Positions 36,961 to 49,015 of a stretch of 64,000 nt of DNA are shown here, piece after piece. The DNA lies in NCBI GenBank assembly GCA_965235115.1, contig OZ249436.1, positions 15,750,001 to 15,814,000 on the forward strand, in the 5' to 3' direction. This DNA is from Laetmonice hystrix. Taxonomy: Eukaryota. The translations under genes were made by a program, and so were the position numbers. Numbering within the stretch: position 1 is the first letter of the stretch; the number at the start of each line of letters is the position of its first letter. The notes below the pieces were generated by a model. The model was not told the DNA's origin, searched no databases, and worked only from the letters and a program-made list of their open reading frames with translations.

Positions 36961-39900
36961 ACTGTGGTGGTCAGGTGGTGATTTTGCGTTTCATGTCCTG
37001 TCGGCAAATGTCAGCCATCTTCACGATGGGACCGAGTATTTGTTGAGTGTTCTGTATGGAGATGATAATGAAATGACAAAATGGAAAATTCCGGAGCATT
37101 GGTGGCCATAAGCAATGAGAAGAAGGAAATCTTATCCTCTTTTCAGAGAGAATAGACCAGATTACTGTTCACGCCATTTTTCTATCTTTTGCTTACCGGC
37201 TTTACGGCCAAGTGTTCAGACACAGACAAACGAATTAGGACACCCGGGGGCGGGTCGGTCTGACCACTATTTCAACTCGTGAAAGGTTTCACGACCACCG
37301 GCAAGTCGTTCAGACAGAGATCTAGCTAGGATTCAGGATCACTCAACCTCAGATTACGGATACATGCATGCAGCATGTGTGCCATGCGCCTATACCCGAT
37401 TAGGACGACACTGTGGATTTTAGATTGAGAAATTAATAACAGGGGAAACAGCCTCGTCAGTCCTCTTCGGTGGGCATTGTGTTTCTAGCAATTTCTCAGG
37501 TGTCTGTATTTTATATATTGTGGTTACTATGTTTGCTCCAGGGCTAATCTTGGCCGGTTGCAAGAACATTTTGTGAAGTGAATCCCAAGAATGGCTTAAC
37601 TTACTATCTAGCCTAGATTTAAGGTGAGGTACGTTTGGTAGTCCTGTTTAATGGAATTCTCTTGTGCTTGGCCAGCGAAATAAGGGCCAGTCTCCAAAAA
37701 TGAGAAAAGGGTAGAAAATTCTGACATTCTGGGAACTGAAAATATGCGTAAATCCACAGATTGGGTTAATCTCGAGACTAACTATATGTCCTTGCAACCG
37801 GCCAAGTGTGTATAGTGTACATTGATGATGTATGAGAAAATAATCTTTTGCTAATGTATAGGAAGATGTGTTATTTATGTTATGTTTTGTGTTATGTTAT
37901 TTATGTTACGTGTTTTGACTGTTGGCCCTACCGCAGGATTCTACATTGGTGACGGCAATATTATAGCCGAGCGAGATATCCTGGTAAAATATGATCAATA
38001 AAAAAGTATGTAAAGTGGTCTCAAGAATCAGGTCTGATTTCAATGCCATGAAATGGAGATCATATGATCATAATGTTTCTAATAAAATTGTCTTTTTTTA
38101 TACTTAAAAACATATTATGGTCAGCCATTAATCTGTTCCCTTTCCTCATACACCATGCAGGTTAACTTTACGAGAATATTTGGACAGGGCATGGTAATCA
38201 CTTTGTAATGACATTCAACGTTTCATATAAAAATTAATGTTTTACTAACAAAGCCCCATAAAAGTTTCATTGAAAAGCTCTATATGTAAAACTCTACATG
38301 TATACTCCACAGAACGTCCTTTGCATATTTACGGTCCCCTATGAGGTTAAACCAAAAGTTTTACGAGCAACTAGATTGATAAGGGTGTTGAAATATACAT
38401 TTGTCTATTGTTGATAGTCCAAAGATAGAGTAGAATTAGAGAGGATTCCATGGGAACATCAACCTGCTACAGGTAGTTATTACATAATAGAGGTTCAAAT
38501 GATAGGTGCTATTTTTGACGGTTGGCCTTATTTTGGGAACGCGAACGTTCCGTTGTAACGGGTACCACATATTTTTGGGTTAGGGTTAGGCCTAGGGTTG
38601 TGTTAGTTTAGTCTCAAATTGGGTGTTAATTACTTCTAAAAGGCGCCATTTAGATAGTCCGCAATTAAAGGAAATTAGAATCCTGTCAAAATAAGCTAGG
38701 TATACCTAGCTGTACAGCGGAGCTTTCGCGTCTCCAAAAGAACGCCAACCTGTTTTTCATGCACTAGAGAAACGTAGAGTTTGGTATGTCCCATTGAATG
38801 GTCTCTGAACGGAACAAATACAAATACACAAAATGTACGAAGTAAAACTTTTTTCTCTTTTACATAGAGTGTTCTATTCAAGCTCGCCACATAAGTTTTC
38901 TTCTCGGCTAACATCGGTACTTTTAAATGCGACTCATTCAGTACAGTACAGCTGCAACAAGGACCAAAAAAATTGCCATGATATCAGGTTGGTTTTTTGA
39001 GAAGGCAGGAAGGTAATAGACTTTTATCCGTTGCATTCTCCTGTTTCTGCAGAGACTGGAGATCCGAGGGTTGATTTCCAGGATGACCAATGCTGCTGCC
39101 AAGCTCATCTTGCACGTTATATTTGCTACTCTGGACCGGGAAACAAGTATTGATCACTGGTGAACAGGGCGACGCCCTCATCTGACCAGTTGTCTCGATA
39201 CCCCACGCCCACTCATAATGGCCGATTCATGTCTACCGAAGCAATGCATTAAAAACTAACACGTGTGATGTTTCCAAAGAATTTGGACACAAAGGCAATA
39301 TTTTGAAAGTGTAGCAAAGATTTCATATGAACTCGTTGGCTGGACGACCGCCACCAACGTTGTGTTGACCAACCTGTAGTATAAATAGTACGCACAACAC
39401 CCGCCTACAACCATCCACATCAGCCGAGCCGTCGGTCCACTGGAGCAGACTTGTTCCGACAGGATAATAGGCGCGAGGGGGCGGCAGTGATGAACACGTA
39501 TATGTCCACATTTCAGTCGGCGACATGGACATGTGGCAAAGTACCACGTTTTTTGGTGAGAAGATTACACGTGCACTTGAACACAGGCGATATATTTACT
39601 CTGTGCCGTTCGACAACCACCAGTGGTAGAAGATATTGAAACAGATCGTAACGATCTCGGATTGACTTGACAACATGAATTATGTATACAGATACTCCAT
39701 GGTGAAAACTGCGCTGTGCCGGCTGCAGGCCAGAGGCGGAGTTATCATAGAACTTCTTTAGGGTCTAACTGTCACCGCCGGGCGTTCAGAACAACAGGAA
39801 GGCGTGCATGGACCCCCCCCCCCCCCTCTTCCTGGACGGTAGGCCTGTCAACCTTTTCATGATATACTGAACCACTATGTTCCACCGAGGACGGAAGCGA

Positions 39901-40035
39901 AAACATCTATTATTTTACTATCAGTGATTCAATCAGAAAAAAGGTCCATTTGGTCGAAATACGTTGTGCCCATTGTGTTGTTGTACGATTTGATGACCAA
40001 TTTCCGAGTGTTCCTGGGGCATCTGAACTAGGGCA

Positions 40036-40161
40036 TTCTTCTTCTTCTTTTTTCTTTTTTCTTCTTCTTCTTCTTCTTCTTCTTCTTCTTCTTCTTCTTC
40101 TTCTGCTTCTTCTTCTTCTTCTTCTTCTTCTTCTTCTTCTTCTTCTTCTTCTTCTTCTTCT
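40036..40161. repeat. (CTT)n microsatellite
   Basis: Read directly from the sequence; it explains the poly-E/L ORFs. Confidence 0.98.
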
Positions 40162-40306
40162 ACGACTATACCACTACTGTTAACACTAACTGTCTGCATG
40201 GTGCTTGTCAAGGTTTATTTCAGATTCACCGTATCGGTCTATAACACAATAAAACATTTCCTATACGGATCGGCTTGCGTTATGGCAGATTAAGTTGTTA
40301 TGATAA

Positions 40307-40318
40307 CGCGCATGCGCC
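40307..40318. promoter_or_regulatory. NRF1/Ewg-type palindromic motif in the putative GPCR promoter region
   Basis: CGCGCATGCGCC, about 600 bp upstream of the ATG. This is a motif match only. Confidence 0.2.
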
Positions 40319-40917
40319 TTGGTAAAACGGTTTCCCCTCGTGTCGGTGACAGAGGCACAACGAAGCATATTATGGCAAGAATAGAGCGAATCCCGGCACT
40401 TTTAGCATCTCGCCGCAGCCTGTCGCCAGCCTAAAATCTGTTATAATCCCTAGTGGACGGGGACAGTATTTTCTTTTTTTTCAATGAGTGTTATGAAAAC
40501 ACCCCTGATTTTATAATGGGGTCTATTTTTCCTGTATTTTCGTACTTCCTGAAATGCGCTCTCTTTCATGACAGATGTGCAAGTGCTGTCAGGCGATCGC
40601 CGGATTTTAAAGTGACTCAGTAGAAGCCTCATTCCTGCGCTGCCAGTTCCGAGCGACGCATGCACGGGAGGAGGCTGGCTACTGCGGACACCGCTCAACA
40701 TAGCGACGACTTCAAGAAAGGTACACTCCTGCAATCATCGCTTTACGTGAAGACACGCTTCCTGTATGTCAACAAAGAAAAAGGAAAACTAACTGTTTGA
40801 ACAAAGCAACTGTGTCATCAAGGAGGCAGCACACTTTGCTTTCGCTGGGAATGCAATCTGAAAATTTCTCTGATTGACTTTTCGGTCGCTTTTGCTTTTC
40901 TGGCTCTTAGAGATAAT

Positions 40918-41426
40918 ATGAATTTGACTTTCGAGGATGACAGTGGATGGGACGTGCACGTATCAACGATGGAGGACGGGTATATGTACGACGATCTGCC
41001 CGGTGTGCTGTCTGGATCAAACAGTCAGGGTCCAGCCTATAACTTTAGTATTGGGCACATTCATGAACTTAACATGACAGGTACCGGTGAAAACCTGTCG
41101 ACGAGTTCGGGAGTTAGCCTAGCGGCCATTGTCTGTTTGTCAGCTGTTTTCTGTGCAGTTGGCATCATCGGTATTGTGGGAAACCTGCTGGTGATCTTCA
41201 TCATCCTCTGCGACCGGAAGATGAGGCGGTCGGTGACCAATCTTTTCATAATGAATCTGGCTGTTTCTGACCTCCTCATCATGTTGTTCGGGGTACCAGA
41301 GATCGCAATGTTTATGATTAACAACGGCTGGCTGCTGGGAGAGGCATTGTGTAAGACTCAACGTTATGTACTTGTCTTCTCGCTCTACTCGTCCGTCGTA
41401 ACTCTAGTCTCCGTCTGTATTGAAAG
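40918..41426 (+). CDS. Class A (rhodopsin-like) neuropeptide-type GPCR, first coding exon (N-terminus to TM3)
   Basis: Intact ORF with N-glycosylation sequons (NLT, NFS, NMT, NLS), TM1 GIVGNLLVI, ICL1 KMRRSVTNLFI, TM2 NLAVSDLL, ECL1 GWLLGEALCK and TM3 ending SVCIER. A strong donor, AAG|GTGAGT, splits the Arg codon of E-R-Y. It resembles invertebrate TRH/ghrelin-receptor-like peptide receptors (my recollection, not searched). Confidence 0.95.
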
Positions 41427-41529
41427 GTGAGTAACAAATCTTCTCGTCAATCAAATATGAAAAGGTAATTCATGGAGAAACGAAAAACCGGCATGAAATG
41501 GAGCTTCTCCAACCTTGGGGGGGGGGGGG

Positions 41530-42127
41530 TGGCTAATGACGGGTTGCTCCAGGTGCCCGTAAAGCCAGGACGTTTAGGATTTTTCGCTGAGTAAGGTGTG
41601 GGGGGAGCTGATGACGGGTTGCTCCAGGTGCCCGTAAAGCCAGGACGTTCAGGATTTTTCGCTGAGTAAGGTGGAGGGGGGGGGGGGTGATGACGGGTAG
41701 CTCCAGGCGCCCGTAAAGCCAGGACGTTTAGGAGTTTTCGCTGAGTAAAGGGAGGGCTGATGACGGGTTGCTCCAGGCCCCCGTAAAGCCAGGACGTTTA
41801 GGATTTTTCGCTGAGTAAGGTGTGGGGGGAGCTGATGACGGGGTTCTCTAAGCAAGCCAAGAGGTTTAGGATTTTTCGCTGAGTAAGGTGATGACAGGGT
41901 TCTCTAAGCGCCCTTAAAGCCAAGACGTTTAGGATTTTTCGCTGAGTAAGGTGATGACAGGGTTCTCTAAGCGCCTGTAAAGCCAAGAGGTTTAGGATTT
42001 TTCGCTGAGTAAGGTGATGACAGGGTTCTCTAAGCGCCCGTAAAGCCAAGAGGTTTAGGATTTTTCGCTGAGTAAGGTGATGACAGGGTTCTCTAAGCGC
42101 CCGTAAAGCCAGGACGTTTTAACCCTG
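41530..42127. repeat. Intronic minisatellite, ~9 copies (63-bp units plus longer units with G tracts)
   Basis: AGGATTTTTCGCTGAGTAAGGT..GATGAC(A)GGGTT..GCCCGTAAAGCCA(G/A)GA(C/G)GTTT; period 63 at 41868, 41931, 41994 and 42057. Confidence 0.95.
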
Positions 42128-44152
42128 CTCTGACACTTGCCGAAAAGAATGCAGGCATGGTGAACACTTTTTGAAAGGTAAAGCTGTACGCATTTAGCAG
42201 TTTCCCGTTCCTGTTCCCACTTTAACTGTGACGACGTCTTCGAAAAGGTGCCGGTATATCCCCTTGTAGACTCGCAGTCAGCGTTCCACGCTTATAATAG
42301 GCCTATTGCAAGGATTCCTTTTCAAGACCCGTGCCCAACTAATGTAGAACACTGTGAAAAGGTTTAGATATAAACCATCGATAGATTTAAAATTGAGATT
42401 TGAAAAAGAAAACCCCTTTAAATGAGTCCTTTAGTACTTGCCGGCAACCGTCTGTTTGCAGCCTTTCCAGATTTCCCATAATAATTATTATACCATTATA
42501 ATCTCCTCAATAATATTCATGGCATACAAAAACACGTAAATTTCCTATTAAGACAATAATAGTAGGTAATTCTATGATGCATGTTCGGAGCCACACTTTT
42601 CCATCACATGTCTGCCTCACGGAGCTCTGCGGTTATTCTTCAGCATTGGCGAGTAGCAACATCCGGCCTAACCACTCTACCATTTGAAGTCAGAGAAATC
42701 TAATGAGGCAGTGACATTGTATCGCCATATTCGTTCTGATAATGGATTAAACTGATGCCTATTATTATAACTTTAATCCATTACTCTCTGAGAAGTTATA
42801 ATATGTCTAATGTGCGAGTGGTCAACATTCTGAAGAATGTTGAAATGCATCCTATGCAATCATCAAGGTTCAAAATGAGATAAAATATCAGCAAGAAGGG
42901 TGTGTTACTTTGCTAAGTGGAGGATCAGACATTTACTCGAAGAGTCTGGACCTTTTGCGATAATGTAATCTCGACACCAATGCTGGTGTTCTGATGAAAT
43001 CAGTAGCAACAGAATCGGATAAACCTAATACTTATTTGTGTGTAATGAAAGATGTCATACATGCACTAAATAGCCATGCAAAAAAGACCAACTGAATATG
43101 TTTTTTTACGATGTTGTCTGTAGAAGAAGCCCGAACTTAAAGCATCTCTTTCAACCTTAACTTAATCAAATATTTTAGGTTGAATGTAGGACAACAATTC
43201 GTATTCTTGAATTGACGTCCATCATTTATCATTACGACGATCGCAGTTACATTATGGCGCCATCTAGCGATCAAACTGTCGGCAAGGAATCCCATTATGA
43301 AAAGTTTACACCGGTGTTACAAAAAGGCAAAGTGAGAATCACACGAATGGTTCGAAAGTCCCAGCATCATGAGGGGAACATGTGTTAAATTGATTTAAAT
43401 ACATCAATAAATGATTCGTCTTTTATTCGCTTAGGGAGCACTGATGTACGTAAAAAAATATCTTGCAACGTATAGAAATAAGTATGGCATCGTGATCGGG
43501 TGTGTGGGTTTATTTGTAATACCAGACTGAACATCACCTTTATTACCACTAATGGCATGAATAGGTTTGAGTACGATGTTCTGGGCCGCATGATGCCCAG
43601 GAGCAACAGGGCGTAATTATATCAACTAATCGCTCACTCACCCGAGCAAAATATTCCCGCCCTAAAGTTAGCCACGGCATGTAAACATTAAACTACATCT
43701 CTCTCACTCACCGAAACCGCAGGCGCGGTCATTTAGCAGTTTCATATATGCAGAAATATCCGTGCCATCTCTGAAAATAGTATTGATGCTAGGTTGTACC
43801 TAGCACAGAGCTGCCTGCGTGCCTAATCTGATTACTGCCCCGGTACCCATGTTTGCCATCAGAGGTAGATTTACCAAGGGAGAGATTGGGCTGAGGTGAA
43901 CATGCCGACTCGTCAAAGGCACTTACTCCGAGATACAGTAGTTGAAAAGACTTCTTCTCTAAGCTTCCTTGGTCGGGACAATATACACACGGTGTACTTG
44001 GTTTAGGTAAAACGTGGAAATTTATCGTTATTAATTTTAGACATTGATTTTGCATGACTCTTCAGTGCGCACCCCTTGGTGTGGCGTCTGTCGTATGTCA
44101 TTAATACAAGGAAGGTGTGTCAAACATTTCTAACCGTGGGTCACCTCCACAG

Positions 44153-44158
<6 letters not shown>

Positions 44159-44200
<42 letters not shown>
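44159..44200. repeat. (GA)n microsatellite
   Basis: Read directly from the sequence. Confidence 0.97.
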
Positions 44201-44203
<3 letters not shown>

Positions 44204-46342
44204 GGAGGGAGGGACGCCATTCACCTGACGTCTCGGTGATATCAAATGTGTCAAAACAGAGGCGGAAGTAGACAGGAAAGGCGTTGCTTCAAGGATGTCG
44301 CGGTTTGTCGAACGATCGACGTAACGCCTCTGGATGTGTTTTCACCATCATCAGGAGCGGATCCCGTTATGGGGAAGGAAAGATTGAATGAGGGAAATCT
44401 AGCTGACAGAGAGGTACGCAAATGTTCAGAACAGTTCATAAGGGAAAATTAAAAAATGGTTGCCAACGGGGGTTGCACCCCCACCCCACCCTTGGCCCTC
44501 CGCTCTGCGCCTCCACTGATCATAAGTAGGCCTACAAACGGGGTCGATCTTGCCAAACTTAGGAAAAAGGAAACAATTCGAATACCCAACAGAAAAGGAG
44601 TTTGTATCCCATGGCCAAACAGTTTTCATCTTTTCCAACGAAGGTAGTCTTAGTGAATGCTTCTGTTTTGTAGAGGTGCATGGTGGGTTGGTGTGTGGGT
44701 GTTTGGGTGGGCGCTGTTATATAAATATAAAAAGTGACACAAGAAGCATATAATCTACTGGCCGATCATATTACGTAGGAGTTACCTCAGTTATTAGGCA
44801 GACTGCCGGTATTCTAACTTCTCTCTCCGTCCCGTCCTCATTCTGTCTGTGTCTCACTCTCTCCTACCGTCGGTTTGTGAATTCAGCCGATTATTTCACG
44901 TTCTGTGGAAGGGTTGAAGGACCTAGAGTGGCATGGGTTTGTGTACATGCGTTCCTCCAATGAAGCCAGTGTTTCATGGAGACAGGATTAGATGACTGAA
45001 TGTCGTCGGTACGGCGTCATGTGATAAGCCTTCCATCTTCTACTTCGTGAATTATGGTCGGGGCCGGCGGTGCATCAATCAGCTAGTTATTGGGCGGCAT
45101 GTCGAGTCAAGATCCTTTCACTTGAGGACCCTACTTCCACATGTCGCGCCGTTTCCATGAGAACATACGACGCTGGACAACATTACCGTTCTAAAGACGG
45201 ATTATGAGGCTGGGATTAGGACACGTGTAGCAAACATGCATTGACAGGCGCCTTCCCGCGTCCTACATTCGTCATATCTGGCAAATAACGCCAGGGGACT
45301 GCCGACCATACCTCGGTGGTATTGCCCAGAAGAGTGTTGGCTGACAGTTGCGATAATCGAATTCCCTGATTTACTGCCGCCATGATCAGATAATGTATAC
45401 GTGATAATTGTGGTATGTTCAGCCCAACCCCCTCACACGGGTTCTCGCTTACCCAGTTTGTTTCATGGTCGGTAAAGTGATTGTTTAATATCCATTTTCC
45501 GCATGAAGTAAATGACATAGCCACAGGCTGCCATAGTATGTTGAATTGATCTCTGCCGGGCCTGGGTATAGTTCACAGAGATAGTTGGTGAGGTCTAGCG
45601 TTGGTACTCGTCTGGGAGCATGTAAGCGTACCGTCCTGTTTGAAGGTACGATTATTGCCAACTTATCATGTTATCGTGTCATTGCTGCCCCTATATTAAT
45701 TGGTATCATCGCTGACAATTTACGTCATGTTGGAATATTGATAGGTCTTTTTATGAGGACAACCGTGCAAGCAAACTCACTGCAAGCGCATGGCAAGAAA
45801 ATAGTCAATACAGTCAACAACATTGTCAGTGTTACCTGTTTCATAAAAAATCGGAAAAAATTTAGAGCATCGTAAACCGTAAGTGTTTCATTTTAAAAAC
45901 GCGCAACCTTTTTACGACCAAAATAACGCGTAAAAACAGATAGGCGGGGATCCTGTTTCATAATGTTTTTGCGCGACTGAAAACCACATTTTTACACGTT
46001 TTTCAGGGGTTTCCGATCAAAAAGATAATGCTAATCCAGGGGTGCTTTATCCCCCGATTGATACATCATTTTCGGTCATTTCCTGAGAAAACATGGAACG
46101 CGCACCACGCAGACCGAAAGTATTACGGAAAAGATTAAATCCACTGCAGTATTTTGACGACACCGACTTTATAGCAAGATACGGCTGGATAAAGAAACCG
46201 TGCGAACACACATGAACATGAGTAACTTGTAATATTGTGTCTGGAATGAACGTGTCATAAAAAAGTTATCAAAAGGTTGAAGATGTCGGATCATAGAAAC
46301 ATATACCGTACGCTTTTTTAAATATTGTTCCCACTTTATACT

Positions 46343-48235
46343 TGGATCTCCTGTCATGATAAATGCTTACCCATTGATATCCTGTCATGATAAATGCTTA
46401 CTCCTTGATCTCCTGTCATGATAAATGCTTACCCCTGGATCTCCTGTCATGATAAATGCTTACTCCTGGATCTCCTGTCATGATAAATGCTTACTCCTGG
46501 ATCTCCTGTCATGATAAATGCTTACCCTTGGATCTCCTGTCATGATAAATGCTTACTCCTGGATCTCCTGTCATGATAAATGCTTACCCCTGGATCTACT
46601 GTCATGATAAATGCTTACCCTTGGATCTCCTGTCATGATAAATGCTTACCACCGGATCTCCTGTCATGATAAATGCTTACCCCTGGATCTACTGTCATGA
46701 TAAATGCTTACCCTTGGATCTCCTGTCATGATAAATGCTTACCACCGGATCTCCTGTCATGATAAATGCTTACCCCTGGATCTACTGTCATGATAAATGC
46801 TTACCCCTGGATCTACTGTCATGATAAATGCTTCCCCCTGGATCTCCTGTCATGATAAATGCTTACCCTTGGATCTCCTGTCATGATAAATGCTTACCCT
46901 TGGATCTCCTGTCATGATAAATGCTTACCCCTGGATCTACTGTCATGATAAATGCTTCCCCCTGGATCTACTGTCATGATAAATGCTTACCCTTGGAACT
47001 CCTGTCATGATAAATGCTTACCCCTGGATCTCCTGTCATGATAAATGCTTACCCTTGGATCTCCTGTCATGATAAATGCTTACTCCTGGATCTCCTGTCA
47101 TGATAAATGCTTCCCCCTGGATCTCCTGTCATGATAAATGCTTACCCTTGGATCTCCTGTCATGATAAATGCTTACCCCTGGATCTCCTGTCATGATAAA
47201 TGCTTACCCTTGGATCTCCTGTCATGATAAATGCTTACTCCTGGATCTCCTGTCATGATAAATGCTTACCCCTGGATCTCCTGTCATGATAAATGCTTAC
47301 TCCTGGATCTCCTGTCATGATAAATGCTTACCCTTGGATCTCCTGTCATGATAAATGCTTACTCCTGGATCTCCTGTCATGATAAATGCTTACCACCGGA
47401 TCTACTGTCATGATAAATGCTTACCCTTGGATCTCCTGTCATGATAAATGCTTACCCCTTGATATCCTGTCATGATAAATGTTTCCTCCTGGATCTCCTG
47501 TCATGATAAATGCTTACCCCTGGATCTCCTGTCATGATAAATGCTTACTCCTGGATCTTCTGTCATGATAAATGCTTACTCCTGGATCTCCTGTCATGAT
47601 AAATGCTTACCCCTGGATCTCCTGTCATGATAAATGTTTCCTCCTGGATCTCCTGTCATGATAAATGCTTACTCCTGGATCTCCTGTCATGATAAATGCT
47701 TACCCTTGGATCTCCTGTCATGATAAATGCTTACCCCTGGATCTCCTGTCATGATAAATGCTTACTCCTGGATCTCCTGTCATGATAAATGCTTACCCCT
47801 GGATCTCCTGTCATGATAAATGTTTCCTCCTGGATCTCCTGTCATGATAAATGCTTACCCTTGGATCTCCTGTCATGATAAATGCTTACTCCTGGATCTC
47901 CTGTCATGATAAATGCTTACCCCTGGATCTCCTGTCATGATAAATGTTTCCTCCTGGATCTCCTGTCATGATAAATGCTTACCCTTGGATCTCCTGTCAT
48001 GATAAATGCTTACCCCTGGATCTCCTGTCATGATAAATGTTTCCTCCTGGATCTCCTGTCATGATAAATGCTTACCACCGGATCTCCTGTCATGATAAAT
48101 GCTTACCCTTGGATCTCCTGTCATGATAAATGCTTACTCCTGGATCTCCTGTCATGATAAATGCTTACCCCTGGATCTCCTGTCATGATAAATGCTTACC
48201 CTTGGATCTCCTGTCATGATAAATGCTTACCCCTG
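46343..48235. repeat. 31-bp minisatellite, ~61 copies
   Basis: Unit TGGATCTCCTGTCATGATAAATGCTTACCCC. Confidence 0.98.
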
Positions 48236-48404
48236 AGAAGAATGTGTTCCGAATGCTTTATAAATTATAGTTCATGAGGTACAAATAAAATGCCTCCTCC
48301 TTCCTCTATACTATAGCTGCTCTATTTCGTAATTTCCATTGATAGGGCCCAATTAAACTGTCTCCTAATAGAGTGTCAACAAAACTGAAAGTCTGCCTCT
48401 ATGA

Positions 48405-49015
48405 AGCTGTATCCTCACTGGATGCGTGCGACGCGAGCGACGCGCGCGTTTTTTTAGAAGTAATGGAAATGAATTGAGCCATCTGCACTGGCCGCGCGCG
48501 ACGCGCGCGTCATTTTTTGTGACGCGCGCGTCGCGACACAGATAGGACTGGTTCTATTTTTGTCGCGCTACGCGCGCGACAAAAGACATCTTGACCAATC
48601 AGAAGTGAGATCTACGACCTTGAACTTTGTTCAAGAACGTCAAGAGACTAATATATACCTATACACGCCTATAGCCTACTCATTTTTAATTAATTTTAAC
48701 ACTGACGGTGTATCTCAGGGAAACCCCGAGCTATTATGTAGGCCTATACCTCTAGAACTCTCATTCAAGAGCATGAGCTTTAATTCGTAATGCAAACAAT
48801 TATGAATTGTTTTCCTGTGCCCCCTCCCCCTGTAGGCTTTAGTGATATCCTGGACCCGCAATTGATAGACGCGCATAATGTAAATACCTATATGTTCCCA
48901 GGCCCGTAGCCTATACGCAGACGTATCACGCGCATCTGGTGAGGATAGAAAAAATATCGCGTCGCACGCATCGTACGCGTCGCTCGCGTCGCACGCGTCC
49001 AGTGAGGATACAGCT
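48405..49015. mobile_element. Harbinger-type MITE, CpG-rich
   Basis: TGA|AGCTGTATCCTCACTGGATGCGTGCGACGCGAGCGACGCG ... CGCGTCGCTCGCGTCGCACGCGTCCAGTGAGGATACAGCT|TTA: a 40-bp TIR with 1 mismatch, and a 3-bp TSD with 1 mismatch. Confidence 0.9.

Noticed and set aside
38578..38598. Interstitial telomere (GGGTTAGGGTTAGG)
   Set aside because: Only about two units are present. Similar degenerate tracts at about 15230 and 32450 are more likely parts of small repeats.
41608..41650. Hammerhead ribozyme in tandem units (CTGATGA-CGGGT...GCCCG-TAAA)
   Set aside because: The stem is followed by TAAA rather than the essential GAAA, stems I and III are not evident, and CTGATGA is absent from most units.
44870..45760. 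Old LINE RT relic (GLNIPQL), and similar faint hints near 20800-20990, 21720-21900 and 33830-34040
   Set aside because: No diagnostic RT motifs are recoverable by eye.
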